Source of the DNA: an uncultured Bacteroidales bacterium
GTDB taxonomy: Bacteria > Bacteroidota > Bacteroidia > Bacteroidales > JAADJA01
Length of the DNA: 64,000 nt
Direction of reading: 5' to 3'
Assembly: GCA_963764475.1 (NCBI GenBank)
Contig: CAVXTE010000059.1
Location: 7,936 to 71,935, forward strand
This document shows, in pieces, positions 53,550 through 61,592 of the stretch. Position numbers and translations under genes: made by a program. A model generated the notes under the pieces. That model did no database searches. It worked only from the letters and a program-made list of their open reading frames with translations, and was not told the origin of the DNA. Within the stretch, counting starts at the first letter, position 1. Every line of letters begins with the position of its first letter.

Positions 53550-55207
53550 TGAATCGAATTATAAGACATAGGATTATTTTCATAATTGCAACCATTGTTC
53601 TTTTTTCAGCCTGCAAACGGGTGGTTGTAAAAATTGACAACATACCACCGAATACACCGGCAGGCCAGCCGATTTATATTACAGGAAATTTCAATAACTG
53701 GGATCCGGGAGAAGCACGCTACCAAATGAACCTTAATCCCGACAGCACCTGGACAATAAAATTACCACCGGGTATAGGCACCGTCGATTACAAGTTTACC
53801 AGAGGCGACTGGACTACGGTTGAAAAAGATATTTGCGGCTATGAAATCCCAAACCACAGTATCACACTGGGTGAAGCAGATACCGTTACCAATTCGATTG
53901 AAAGCTGGAACGACAGGGAACCTGTGAATTGCCCCCGGTTGACCCTGGTTGTACCGAAACTGCCTGATAATACACCCGACAGTGCCCAAATATCCATTGC
54001 TGGTAATTTCAATTCGTGGAATCCCAATGAAGGTTCGGTGATGAAAACCGATAAAAAGGGTGAACATTACATTACCATCCAAAAACCGACGAACGTAAAT
54101 GAGATTGAATTTAAAGTGACAAGGGGCAGCCTTGCCACAAGTGAATCGGATGAATACGGCAATCCGCTGCCAAACCGGAAAGTTTTTTTTGGCAGGCAGG
54201 ATACAGTGAAGTTAGATGTGGAAGGTTGGGTCGACACCAAAAGTTCAGGAAGCAACAAAATAGTCCTCATCATTAACAAACTTCCGCAGAAAACATACCC
54301 GACCGATGATATTTTCTTCGTCAGTAGCCTGAATAACTGGGTTCCCGGCGACCGGAATTACCAGTTTCAAAAAAATAAAAAAGGTCAGTATGAAATCGAT
54401 CTGCCCAGAAAGAATCAGACGATCGAATATAAGATAACGCATGGCGACTGGTGGCAGGAAGAGGTTGACAAGTTCGGCTTCGATATTCCCAACCGTTCGA
54501 TTGAGCTGAACAAACAGGACACAGTCTACATTGACGTGGCAAACTGGAAGGACCGGAAAACGGAACAGGATAAAGAAGTAACGATCATTCTTACAAAAAT
54601 ACCTTCAAATACCCCCCCAGGCGACAGGATCTATATCACCGGCAATATGAATAACTGGAACCCCGGAAAAAACAGGGATAGATTGGAACAGAACAGCAAA
54701 GGGCAATGGATGATCAACCTGCCGCGCGGATGGAACGACCTTGAATTTAAGTTTACACGCGGAAGCTGGAATTCTGTTGAAGTGGATCAATACGGATCAG
54801 GTATGCCGAACAGGCATTATCTCTATCAGGATATCGACACCCTGTACCTTCAGGTCATTAACTGGTATGATCTTCCGCGATACAATGCCGAAAATGTGAC
54901 CATCGTCATTCATTCGTTGCCGGCTGATACCCCTCCCAACGACAACATCTTCATTGTCGGGACTTTTAATAACTGGGATCCCGGCGACAGAAAATACATT
55001 ATGAAAAGTTTAAGTAACGGTAAAAAATATTATACACTTCCGAAACGGGAGGATCAGATCGAATACAAAGTCACCCGCGGAAACTGGGCTACGGCTGAGG
55101 TAGATAAATTCGGCAATGAAATACCCAACCGTTTACTTGCGTTTGGATTTGCCGATACCGTTTACATCAATGTCGTCAAATGGCGTGATTTGGAAGGAAA
55201 TTATTGA
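53549..55207 (+). CDS. Lipoprotein made of five tandem CBM20-like carbohydrate-binding domains
   Basis: Lipobox FSAC; five copies of P.NTP....I.I.GNFNNW.PG ... EYK.TRG.W ... PNR ... DTV...V..W.D. Confidence 0.75.
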   Translation: MNRIIRHRIIFIIATIVLFSACKRVVVKIDNIPPNTPAGQPIYITGNFNNWDPGEARYQMNLNPDSTWTIKLPPGIGTVDYKFTRGDWTTVEKDICGYEIPNHSITLGEADTVTNSIESWNDREPVNCPRLTLVVPKLPDNTPDSAQISIAGNFNSWNPNEGSVMKTDKKGEHYITIQKPTNVNEIEFKVTRGSLATSESDEYGNPLPNRKVFFGRQDTVKLDVEGWVDTKSSGSNKIVLIINKLPQKTYPTDDIFFVSSLNNWVPGDRNYQFQKNKKGQYEIDLPRKNQTIEYKITHGDWWQEEVDKFGFDIPNRSIELNKQDTVYIDVANWKDRKTEQDKEVTIILTKIPSNTPPGDRIYITGNMNNWNPGKNRDRLEQNSKGQWMINLPRGWNDLEFKFTRGSWNSVEVDQYGSGMPNRHYLYQDIDTLYLQVINWYDLPRYNAENVTIVIHSLPADTPPNDNIFIVGTFNNWDPGDRKYIMKSLSNGKKYYTLPKREDQIEYKVTRGNWATAEVDKFGNEIPNRLLAFGFADTVYINVVKWRDLEGNY

Positions 55208-55392
55208 TGTATTCACACAAATCATTTGCTCTTTCTTAAAGCTATAACGACACAAATTTTTCTAAAAAGAATAATTCTAACAATTAAGTTTTTGTGATTC
55301 CGGGAGCCCGGCCCGCCAAATCTGACCCCAATGTCAGGGCTGGCGGGTTTGAGCTTATGGAAATAAAGGATAGTTAACGCTATACTGTCTTT

Positions 55393-55782
55393 TTAATCTC
55401 TTACAATTTTAATGTCTGCTTCGATGTCTTCTCTCAAATGCCGTTTTACTGCGCAAAGGCTGGCCGTATTAATGACAGCACTTTCATATTTTTCCGGAAA
55501 ATCTTTCGGGACATGAATTTGAATTTCCACGTGATCGATGATTTTCTTTGCCGGGTTGAATGATTGCGACTGTGTCAGCCGGATGTTTTCTGAAGGAATT
55601 CCGCGCTGATCGCAAAAACCTTTCACATAAATTCCTGCACATGTTCCGAGCGAAGCTAAAAATAGGGTAAAGGGTTCGGGAAATTCGCCATCCCCGCCCG
55701 AACGGACCGCCTGGTCCGTTTTGATTGTATGCCCGTCAACTTTTGCAAAAACCTTCTTTTTGCCTTCAAAATAAATCTCCAT
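55393..55782 (-). CDS. OsmC family protein
   Basis: TDQ...GG....PEPF.LFLASLGTCAG; CAVKR. Confidence 0.9.
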   Translation of the reverse strand: MEIYFEGKKKVFAKVDGHTIKTDQAVRSGGDGEFPEPFTLFLASLGTCAGIYVKGFCDQRGIPSENIRLTQSQSFNPAKKIIDHVEIQIHVPKDFPEKYESAVINTASLCAVKRHLREDIEADIKIVRD

Positions 55783-55833
55783 AGTTCTGTTTTAATTAGT
55801 TATTTAATTTCATTTGATAATCCGATCATGGTT

Positions 55834-56280
55834 TTACCTTTTTTGTTTAAAGTAAGTGCGCATCAACACCGCACATTCCTTTTCAAGAACACCTTTCATA
55901 ACCTCTGTTTTCGGATGGAGCACAGGTTTCTTCAACAGCGAATACCCTTTTTTATCATCTTTCGTCGCATAAACAATTTTTCCGATTCTCGTCCAGTAAG
56001 CAGCCCCGGCGCACATTACACAAGGTTCTACTGTGACATACAATGTACATTCATCCAGAAATTTCGCACCAAGGTAATTGGATGCGGATGTAAACGCCTG
56101 CATTTCGGCATGCGCCGTCACATCGTTCAGCGTTTCTGTCATGTTGTGACCCCGTGCAATTATTTTATTGTTGCTGACGATCACTGCACCTACCGGTACC
56201 TCATCCTCCTCAAAGGCTTTTTGCGCCTCTTTCAGGGCTTCGTTCATAAAATGCTCATCCGAGAAAACAGTAAATTCCAT
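55834..56280 (-). CDS. tadA: tRNA adenosine deaminase
   Basis: EVPVGAV; HAE; EPCVMC. Confidence 0.88.
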   Translation of the reverse strand: MEFTVFSDEHFMNEALKEAQKAFEEDEVPVGAVIVSNNKIIARGHNMTETLNDVTAHAEMQAFTSASNYLGAKFLDECTLYVTVEPCVMCAGAAYWTRIGKIVYATKDDKKGYSLLKKPVLHPKTEVMKGVLEKECAVLMRTYFKQKR

Positions 56281-56420
56281 CGATGCTTATTGTTCAATTC
56301 TATCGGCGGGCAAAATTATTTAAAATAATTTAGGATCACCGGATGCACTTTAATTTAAAATTTCTTCAACACATATCGAATATTTTTAAATTTGTGGAAT
56401 CATCACTAAACAATTAAATC

Positions 56421-57923
56421 ATGAAAATCATCCGGTCAGTTGAGATTGCCCTTTCGGGGCTCTTTGTTTGTTTTTTTACCGTTAATTCATACGGTTCACC
56501 CATCGATAACCTGACGGCAAAAAAGGCAGCGGAAAACAAGCTTATTGAATTGAAAATGGCGAGCGATTTTCGGGTCAATACCAACATGCACTGTGTGAAA
56601 GATGAAGATGGCCGGACACTCTATTTCCTTTATGCGATCGAACCCCATGGGTTCATAGCAGTTTCTGGTGATACCGATTTACCGCCGGTGCTGGCCTATT
56701 CGTTCGAAAATGATGTCCCCGCCAACAATGACGACGGGAATTCTGTCGCCGCTTTTTTGACGACTGAAGTTAAAGTACGGTTTGAATCCCTGCCGTTTCT
56801 TCCCGAAGAAATGATCCTGCAGCGGCATCAGCAATGGAATGACCTGCTTTGTGTAATTCCGGAAAACAAGGCAAATGGGAAATTCGAACAATGGCCGCCG
56901 GAAGGAACAACATCAACCGGAGGCTGGCTCGAAACCAACTGGACACAATCGGCTCCTTACAATAATTTCTGCCCGATGGATCCGGTAACCAGCCTGAGAA
57001 GCATTGCCGGCTGTCCGGCCGTGGCCATGGCACAGATCGTGAATTATTACAAAACGATCAACGGAACAACTTTCACCGATGCCGACGATTACCATCACAA
57101 CTATGCCGGACGGAATTACTGGATCGACGATGACCATGAAGCGATCGATTTTCCTTCATTTCCCGATTTGAATGCTTACCTCGACACCGTAACGCTCAGT
57201 TTTAACAATCAGTCGAACTTAAAACAAAACGAGCAGGCAGCCCTTACATTTGCCTGCGGTGTGGCGGCCACACAGGTTTACACATCATCAGCATCCGGAA
57301 CATTTGGTGTCGATCAGGCATGGGCCGCCTATATGAAATTCGGTTTTACGGATGCCGTTTTCTTCAATGACGGTGATACAGCACTTTTTTCGACATTAAG
57401 CCAGAACATGAAGGATGCCCGTCCGGCACATCTTGCCGTGGTGGATGAAGGCTGGACAATGGGCCATAATGTTGTGATCGACGGCTACAATACGGATGAT
57501 TTCTATCATCTCAATTTCGGATGGGGCGGAAGCTACAATGGCTGGTACCTGCTGCCGGATGAAATTCCCTACGGATTGACGGTCATCGAAGGGGTGATCG
57601 CCGATATTGCATATCCACAGGCTACGACTTTCGTTCAGATGCAAAGGACGAATGTTCCTGAAATTAACATATCTCCAAATCCGGCTCACGATGAATTTAC
57701 ACTTGGCTTTGAGGTAGACGAAGCGTCAGATGTTTCAATCCTTCTTTACGACAGCTACGGAAGAATGATTTCTGTTTTGTTTGATGAGCGTTGTGCATCC
57801 GGATTTTACCAGAAAGCAATAAACCTTGAGGATGTCACAGGCACACAGCCTGCTGAAGGAATTTACTTTCTCCGGTTCAGGATAAATGACCGATACGGCT
57901 CAACAAAACTATTGATCCGATGA
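56421..57923 (+). CDS. C10 (streptopain-like) cysteine peptidase with T9SS CTD
   Basis: Spi-like prodomain; WTQ.APYN; AGCPAVAMAQI; GH.VVIDGY; HLNFGWGG; ISPNPA CTD. Confidence 0.92.
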   Translation: MKIIRSVEIALSGLFVCFFTVNSYGSPIDNLTAKKAAENKLIELKMASDFRVNTNMHCVKDEDGRTLYFLYAIEPHGFIAVSGDTDLPPVLAYSFENDVPANNDDGNSVAAFLTTEVKVRFESLPFLPEEMILQRHQQWNDLLCVIPENKANGKFEQWPPEGTTSTGGWLETNWTQSAPYNNFCPMDPVTSLRSIAGCPAVAMAQIVNYYKTINGTTFTDADDYHHNYAGRNYWIDDDHEAIDFPSFPDLNAYLDTVTLSFNNQSNLKQNEQAALTFACGVAATQVYTSSASGTFGVDQAWAAYMKFGFTDAVFFNDGDTALFSTLSQNMKDARPAHLAVVDEGWTMGHNVVIDGYNTDDFYHLNFGWGGSYNGWYLLPDEIPYGLTVIEGVIADIAYPQATTFVQMQRTNVPEINISPNPAHDEFTLGFEVDEASDVSILLYDSYGRMISVLFDERCASGFYQKAINLEDVTGTQPAEGIYFLRFRINDRYGSTKLLIR

Positions 57924-58681
57924 AAAAGGAACACCTATACCCCGACTTTTTTGCCCGCTTTTATGATGTGATCTATGATCATATAAGGAGTTCTGCCGAT
58001 CACGATTATTTTATGCATAAGATCCTTGAAGCGAACGGACCTGTCCTGGAGGTGGGCGCAGGAACAGGACGCTTTTTCACAGAAGCTTTAAAGAATGGTG
58101 CCGATATTTACGGGATCGACATCAGTCCGGCCATGACCGAAGTATTAAAACAGAAGCTTCCGGCAAAGGATCACCACAGAGTTTCTGTTCAGGATGTGTG
58201 CAAACTAAAAATGAATAAGAAATTCAAACTGATCCTTGCACCTTTCAGGGTTTTCATGCACCTGACAACGATTGAGGAACAGCTATCCGCTTTGCACAAA
58301 GTTCATGAACACCTTGAAGCCGGCGGACTATTTATCTTCGACCTTTTTGTTCCTAACCTGAAATTATTGAACGAAGGGATCGAAAATGCGAACGATTTCA
58401 CAGGCGAATATGAGCCCGGTAAAATACTAAAACGCTATTCGACCATGCATGCCGACCTGATCCGCCAGATCAGTCATGTTAAGTTCCGTTTCGAATGGGA
58501 TGAAAATGGAAAGATTCAAAGCAAAGAATGGGTAACGGAGCTGCGGTTTTTCTTCCGGTACGAACTGGAGCATCTTTTGAGGTGTTCGGCATTTGACAGT
58601 TATAAGATTTACGGTGACTTTTCTGAAAATGAACTGACGAAAGACTCGAAAGAGTTTGTGGTGGTGTGCAGGAAAGATTGA
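57920..58681 (+). CDS. Class I SAM-dependent methyltransferase
   Basis: VLEVGAGTGR; GIDIS; HLEAGGLFIFD. Confidence 0.9.
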   Translation: MKKEHLYPDFFARFYDVIYDHIRSSADHDYFMHKILEANGPVLEVGAGTGRFFTEALKNGADIYGIDISPAMTEVLKQKLPAKDHHRVSVQDVCKLKMNKKFKLILAPFRVFMHLTTIEEQLSALHKVHEHLEAGGLFIFDLFVPNLKLLNEGIENANDFTGEYEPGKILKRYSTMHADLIRQISHVKFRFEWDENGKIQSKEWVTELRFFFRYELEHLLRCSAFDSYKIYGDFSENELTKDSKEFVVVCRKD

Positions 58682-58818
58682 TTTATTTTATTGCCCCTCA
58701 CTGGCGCATTCTATGGTAAAATCCAAAAAAATTTCTTTATACTACCGATAGGGATGAATCAGAACCCATTTCAATAGTTCTATCATTCCTCAACCCTCTC
58801 AAATCCTAACTCCTCTTT

Positions 58819-58860
58819 TACTAAATACTTTGTACTAAGTACTAAGTACTAAAGACTAAA
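58819..58860. repeat. Heptamer tandem repeat (TACTAAG-like, six units)
   Basis: tactaaa tactttg tactaag tactaag tactaaa gactaaa. Confidence 0.8.
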
Positions 58861-58889
58861 AAAAGGACCCCACCTTCCGGCAGGATCCT
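58858..58889 (-). terminator. Intrinsic terminator of 58922..59914
   Basis: Minus strand AGGATCCTGCC-GGAA-GGTGGGGTCC followed by a T-run. Confidence 0.65.
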
Positions 58890-58921
58890 CATGACATCGA
58901 ACGTGGCAATATCTTCCCCCT

Positions 58922-59914
58922 TTACGCCTCCACCAGTTCTGTGACCAGGAAGCTGTAAGTACCTTCGTTCACCTTGTCGGGGTTGTTCACCATAATAAAC
59001 AGGTTGCCGCTGGCGCCCAGTTCCGAAGCATATGCATCCGCTTCCTCACCCGGCAGCAGTTCGAGTGCAGAGCCTGGTAACGGGTCGTCGGGAAGCATGG
59101 CCGAATAAAATTTAAGCGATGTACCACCTGTATTGACAATGTTGAAGTACGAATTCGAATCGAATCCGCCAGCCAGTACGGTGACGACAGCCTCCGGGGC
59201 AACTGTTCCCGTCATCGGTTCGGGTGGCTGTGAGTTGCCGTTGCCGTTACCGTTGGATGAACGCAGCAGACTCAGGTCGAAGTACTCCTCTACCTTCGAA
59301 AGGTTATCGCGGTACTTATTAATTAGCAAGCTCAGGTTGGCAAACATGATGTTTGCTACTGAAACACGGGCTGCTTCAAGGTCTTTCGACGCTTCTGTGA
59401 CTTTACCCTCTTTCTGCTGCTGCACGTCCCTGATCTTCTCCAGGTCCGTGCAAAAGGTATCAACATCCACCTGCGTTTCCGCAAGTTCGGGATAATCCCT
59501 CAATACTTCTGCCATAGCCTGAAGTTCGGCAATACGCTGTTCATAGGTTCCCTGCCGAAAGGCTGTACGTCCGTGATTGAAGATCGCCTTGTATTCAATA
59601 CTGCCTTCCAGAAATACCCCCTGAACAGCCAAATCCCACTCCTTCAGTTTTACATCGATCAATTCGGCTATTTTTTCTTCAAAATGCTGGGTTTCGGATG
59701 AATATCTTCTTTTGGCAAGTATCGATCCGCTGTATTTACTCGCATACGTATCGCGCGCCGGGCGCGTACGGTCATAGATTTCCTGAATTTCAGGATCGGA
59801 AGATTTGCCGGCCAGTTTCGACAGATGGTCGGCAACAATGGTCAGCATGCGCTTGAAATTGTGCTTAGTAACATTGTCAAAAACATTACTAAGGTAACTC
59901 CATACCTTGGTCAT
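58922..59914 (-). CDS. Uncharacterised cytoplasmic protein: helical N-terminal domain, NG linker, beta-rich C-terminal domain
   Basis: 330-aa ORF with A-rich leader and its own terminator; no signal peptide; no catalytic motif recognised. Confidence 0.8.
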   Translation of the reverse strand: MTKVWSYLSNVFDNVTKHNFKRMLTIVADHLSKLAGKSSDPEIQEIYDRTRPARDTYASKYSGSILAKRRYSSETQHFEEKIAELIDVKLKEWDLAVQGVFLEGSIEYKAIFNHGRTAFRQGTYEQRIAELQAMAEVLRDYPELAETQVDVDTFCTDLEKIRDVQQQKEGKVTEASKDLEAARVSVANIMFANLSLLINKYRDNLSKVEEYFDLSLLRSSNGNGNGNSQPPEPMTGTVAPEAVVTVLAGGFDSNSYFNIVNTGGTSLKFYSAMLPDDPLPGSALELLPGEEADAYASELGASGNLFIMVNNPDKVNEGTYSFLVTELVEA

Positions 59915-60081
59915 AATAATACTTTTTTAAATTAAACAATAGAATTTAGCAATACCCTTAATACTGGCAGCTTAACGGAAAGGTTTCAGCAAATCCCAAA
60001 TTTTTTTATTGAATTACGTACCCTGTCAGTAGTGATACTCAGGATTCAAAATCGTTAAACCTGCGTCAATTCATTGATAAA

Positions 60082-60296
60082 GGTCAATCGAAGCAGCAAC
60101 TGAGCATTTTCACTGTCGAAAATGGTCAGTCAAAGCAACAACTGAGCATTTTCACTGTCGAAAATGGTCAGTCGAAGCAACAACTGAGCATTTTCACTGT
60201 CGAAAATGGTCAATCGAAGCAACAACTGAGCATTTTCACCGTCGAAAATGGTCAGTCGAAGCAACAACTGAGCATTTTCAATGCTGAAACTGGTCA
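60082..60296. repeat. 42-bp tandem repeat, five copies, no spacers
   Basis: Unit GGTCA(A/G)TCGAAGCAACAACTGAGCATTTTCACTGTCGAAAAT at 60082, 60124, 60166, 60208 and 60250. Confidence 0.95.
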
Positions 60297-60360
60297 TCCG
60301 AAGGATGAATTCATAAGATCCATGTTCTGTAGAGGCCATTGGCTTTTTGCCTGAAGTGTC

Positions 60361-60408
60361 AATGATAAAATGATTAAATGTTTAAATGATTGAATGCTTT
60401 AATAATCG
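60361..60408. repeat. Degenerate 8-bp tandem repeat
   Basis: aatgataa aatgatta aatgttta aatgattg aatgcttt aataatcg. Confidence 0.65.
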
Positions 60409-60547
60409 TCTCGTAAATCAAAAACCGTTTGCCGTTAATCCGATTTTTGTCGGCTTTTGGCTTATCGCCGGCAGCATCCGTCTGCAGGCTTCTGACTTGA
60501 AGCATTGAAAGATTGACACCTGACATGTGAGCAGTAAGTATTAACAT

Positions 60548-60580
60548 AAAAAAACCGGCGGTTGTACTATCCGCCGGTTT
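60548..60580 (-). terminator. Intrinsic terminator
   Basis: Perfect 10-bp stem followed by T7 on the minus strand. Confidence 0.8.
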
Positions 60581-60800
60581 AAGATCGCAGGGCACTTTAA
60601 CGGAAGGTTGAATTGCTAAATTCCATTGCCATTAAAGGAATGATGCCCTGCAATGTACGTTGCGGAAACAGATGCCTGCTTTAAAACATCCACCTGTTAC
60701 CCGTTTAAGTTTGTGTTGATGTATGACGACCTGAAATAAAAAATCCTCCGGAAAATGCCAGCAAAACAAGAACAGCCGGAATCTTTTCAATTTCAATGAA
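60548..60800 (-). ncRNA. Predicted non-coding RNA A (~250 nt)
   Basis: Minus-strand -7 element TAACTTTG at 60807..60814; stem GCAGGGCA..CTTTAATGG / CCGTTAAAG.TGCCCTGC; terminator AAACCGGCGG..CCGCCGG plus U-run; no convincing ORF. Confidence 0.5.
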
Positions 60801-60929
60801 ACATCACAAAGTTAAGCTATTTTATGCAGATCAGTACTCCTGTTTTGAACCGGATATTCACGGCAGTGTGTTAATAAATAGCAGACAGTACATGCAGGAA
60901 ATATGAATATCATCATTAGCTTTGATCAG

Positions 60930-61160
60930 CGAAACCACAAAACCGCTGATGATCAATGGATATAAAAATACCTCAAAGACGAAGGGGGGAACAATGGAAG
61001 TTTCCACCCGGGAATCCTTAAACCATGAAAAGAATACAGGAATAACCCTGAGGGGAAGTTTGTTTTTGCTAAATTCCATTTCGCCGGATGAATGATGCCC
61101 TGCAACTTTCATTTTGCGGATGCGGCAGTCCAGCCTTTGGCGGGATTGCCGTTTTTTTTT
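60930..61160 (+). ncRNA. Predicted non-coding RNA B (~230 nt), complementary to RNA A
   Basis: Plus-strand -7 element TAGCTTTG at 60917..60924; 5' hairpin ATCAGCG..CGCTGAT; terminator at 61123..61160. Confidence 0.5.
61123..61160 (+). terminator. Intrinsic terminator
   Basis: CGGCAGTCC...GGATTGCCG followed by T9. Confidence 0.8.
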
Positions 61161-61289
61161 GATTGCCGGTGATAAAAAAACACGGCCTGTTTGGTCGGAA
61201 ATGAAGAGGAAGTTTATATATTTGCTGGAGAGAACCGCTAAATGTCTGTTAATTTTAATATACTGACCAATACGAGCATAATAAAGAAC

Positions 61290-61373
61290 AAAAAAAGAAA
61301 GCGATCCCTTTCAGAACCGCTTTAAATGTTTTCACAACGGAATAATCCTTATTGTGAATTGCTTCAAATTGTG
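61290..61373 (-). ncRNA. tracrRNA of a Bacteroidota type II-C CRISPR system
   Basis: Minus strand CAATTTGAAGCAATTCACAA (anti-repeat to GTTGTGAATTGCTTTCAAA-type repeats), then TAAGGATTATTCCGTTGTGAAAAC, a terminal hairpin and a U-run; divergent from cas9; TATATTCG -7-like element upstream. Confidence 0.85.
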
Positions 61374-61474
61374 CTGCGAATATACAAAATTTATAATTAA
61401 ACAATATCGAACAAAAAATATTGAAATCTTATAAGTAAAAAGAATGTTGATAGCATGAATTAAACCATACACTT

Positions 61475-61576
61475 CTTTGTGAACTCTGTATGTTCTTTGC
61501 GCCCTCTGTGGTTATATTTTTTTGAATTATTTGTTTTAACCACAGAGATATCAGAGTAGCCGCAGAGGGAACAGAG
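61475..61576. repeat. 40-bp imperfect inverted repeat built of CTCTG/CAGAG units in the cas9 leader
   Basis: Arms 61475..61514 and 61537..61576; inner CTCTGTGGTTA / TAACCACAGAG is perfect. Confidence 0.7.
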
Positions 61577-61592
61577 AAAAAAAGCAGAAAAT

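Noticed and set aside
60082-60296. 42-bp repeats near cas9 as a CRISPR array
   Set aside because: Units are contiguous with no unique spacers and do not match the tracrRNA anti-repeat.
60374-60595. ORFs 60374..60595 and 60858..61112 (minus strand) as real proteins
   Set aside because: They run through a terminator hairpin, octamer repeats or the predicted promoter region, and show no protein-like motifs.
60608-60622. TTGAATTGCTAAATT as a degenerate CRISPR repeat (scaRNA-like partner of the tracrRNA)
   Set aside because: Only TGAATTGCT (9 nt) matches the anti-repeat, and the second copy at 61066 lacks it; too weak to call.
60994-61095. 33-aa ORF in RNA B as a type I toxin
   Set aside because: MEVSTRESLNHEKNTGITLRGSLFLLNSISPDE has no convincing TM helix and lacks the A-rich Bacteroidota leader; not excluded but unsupported.
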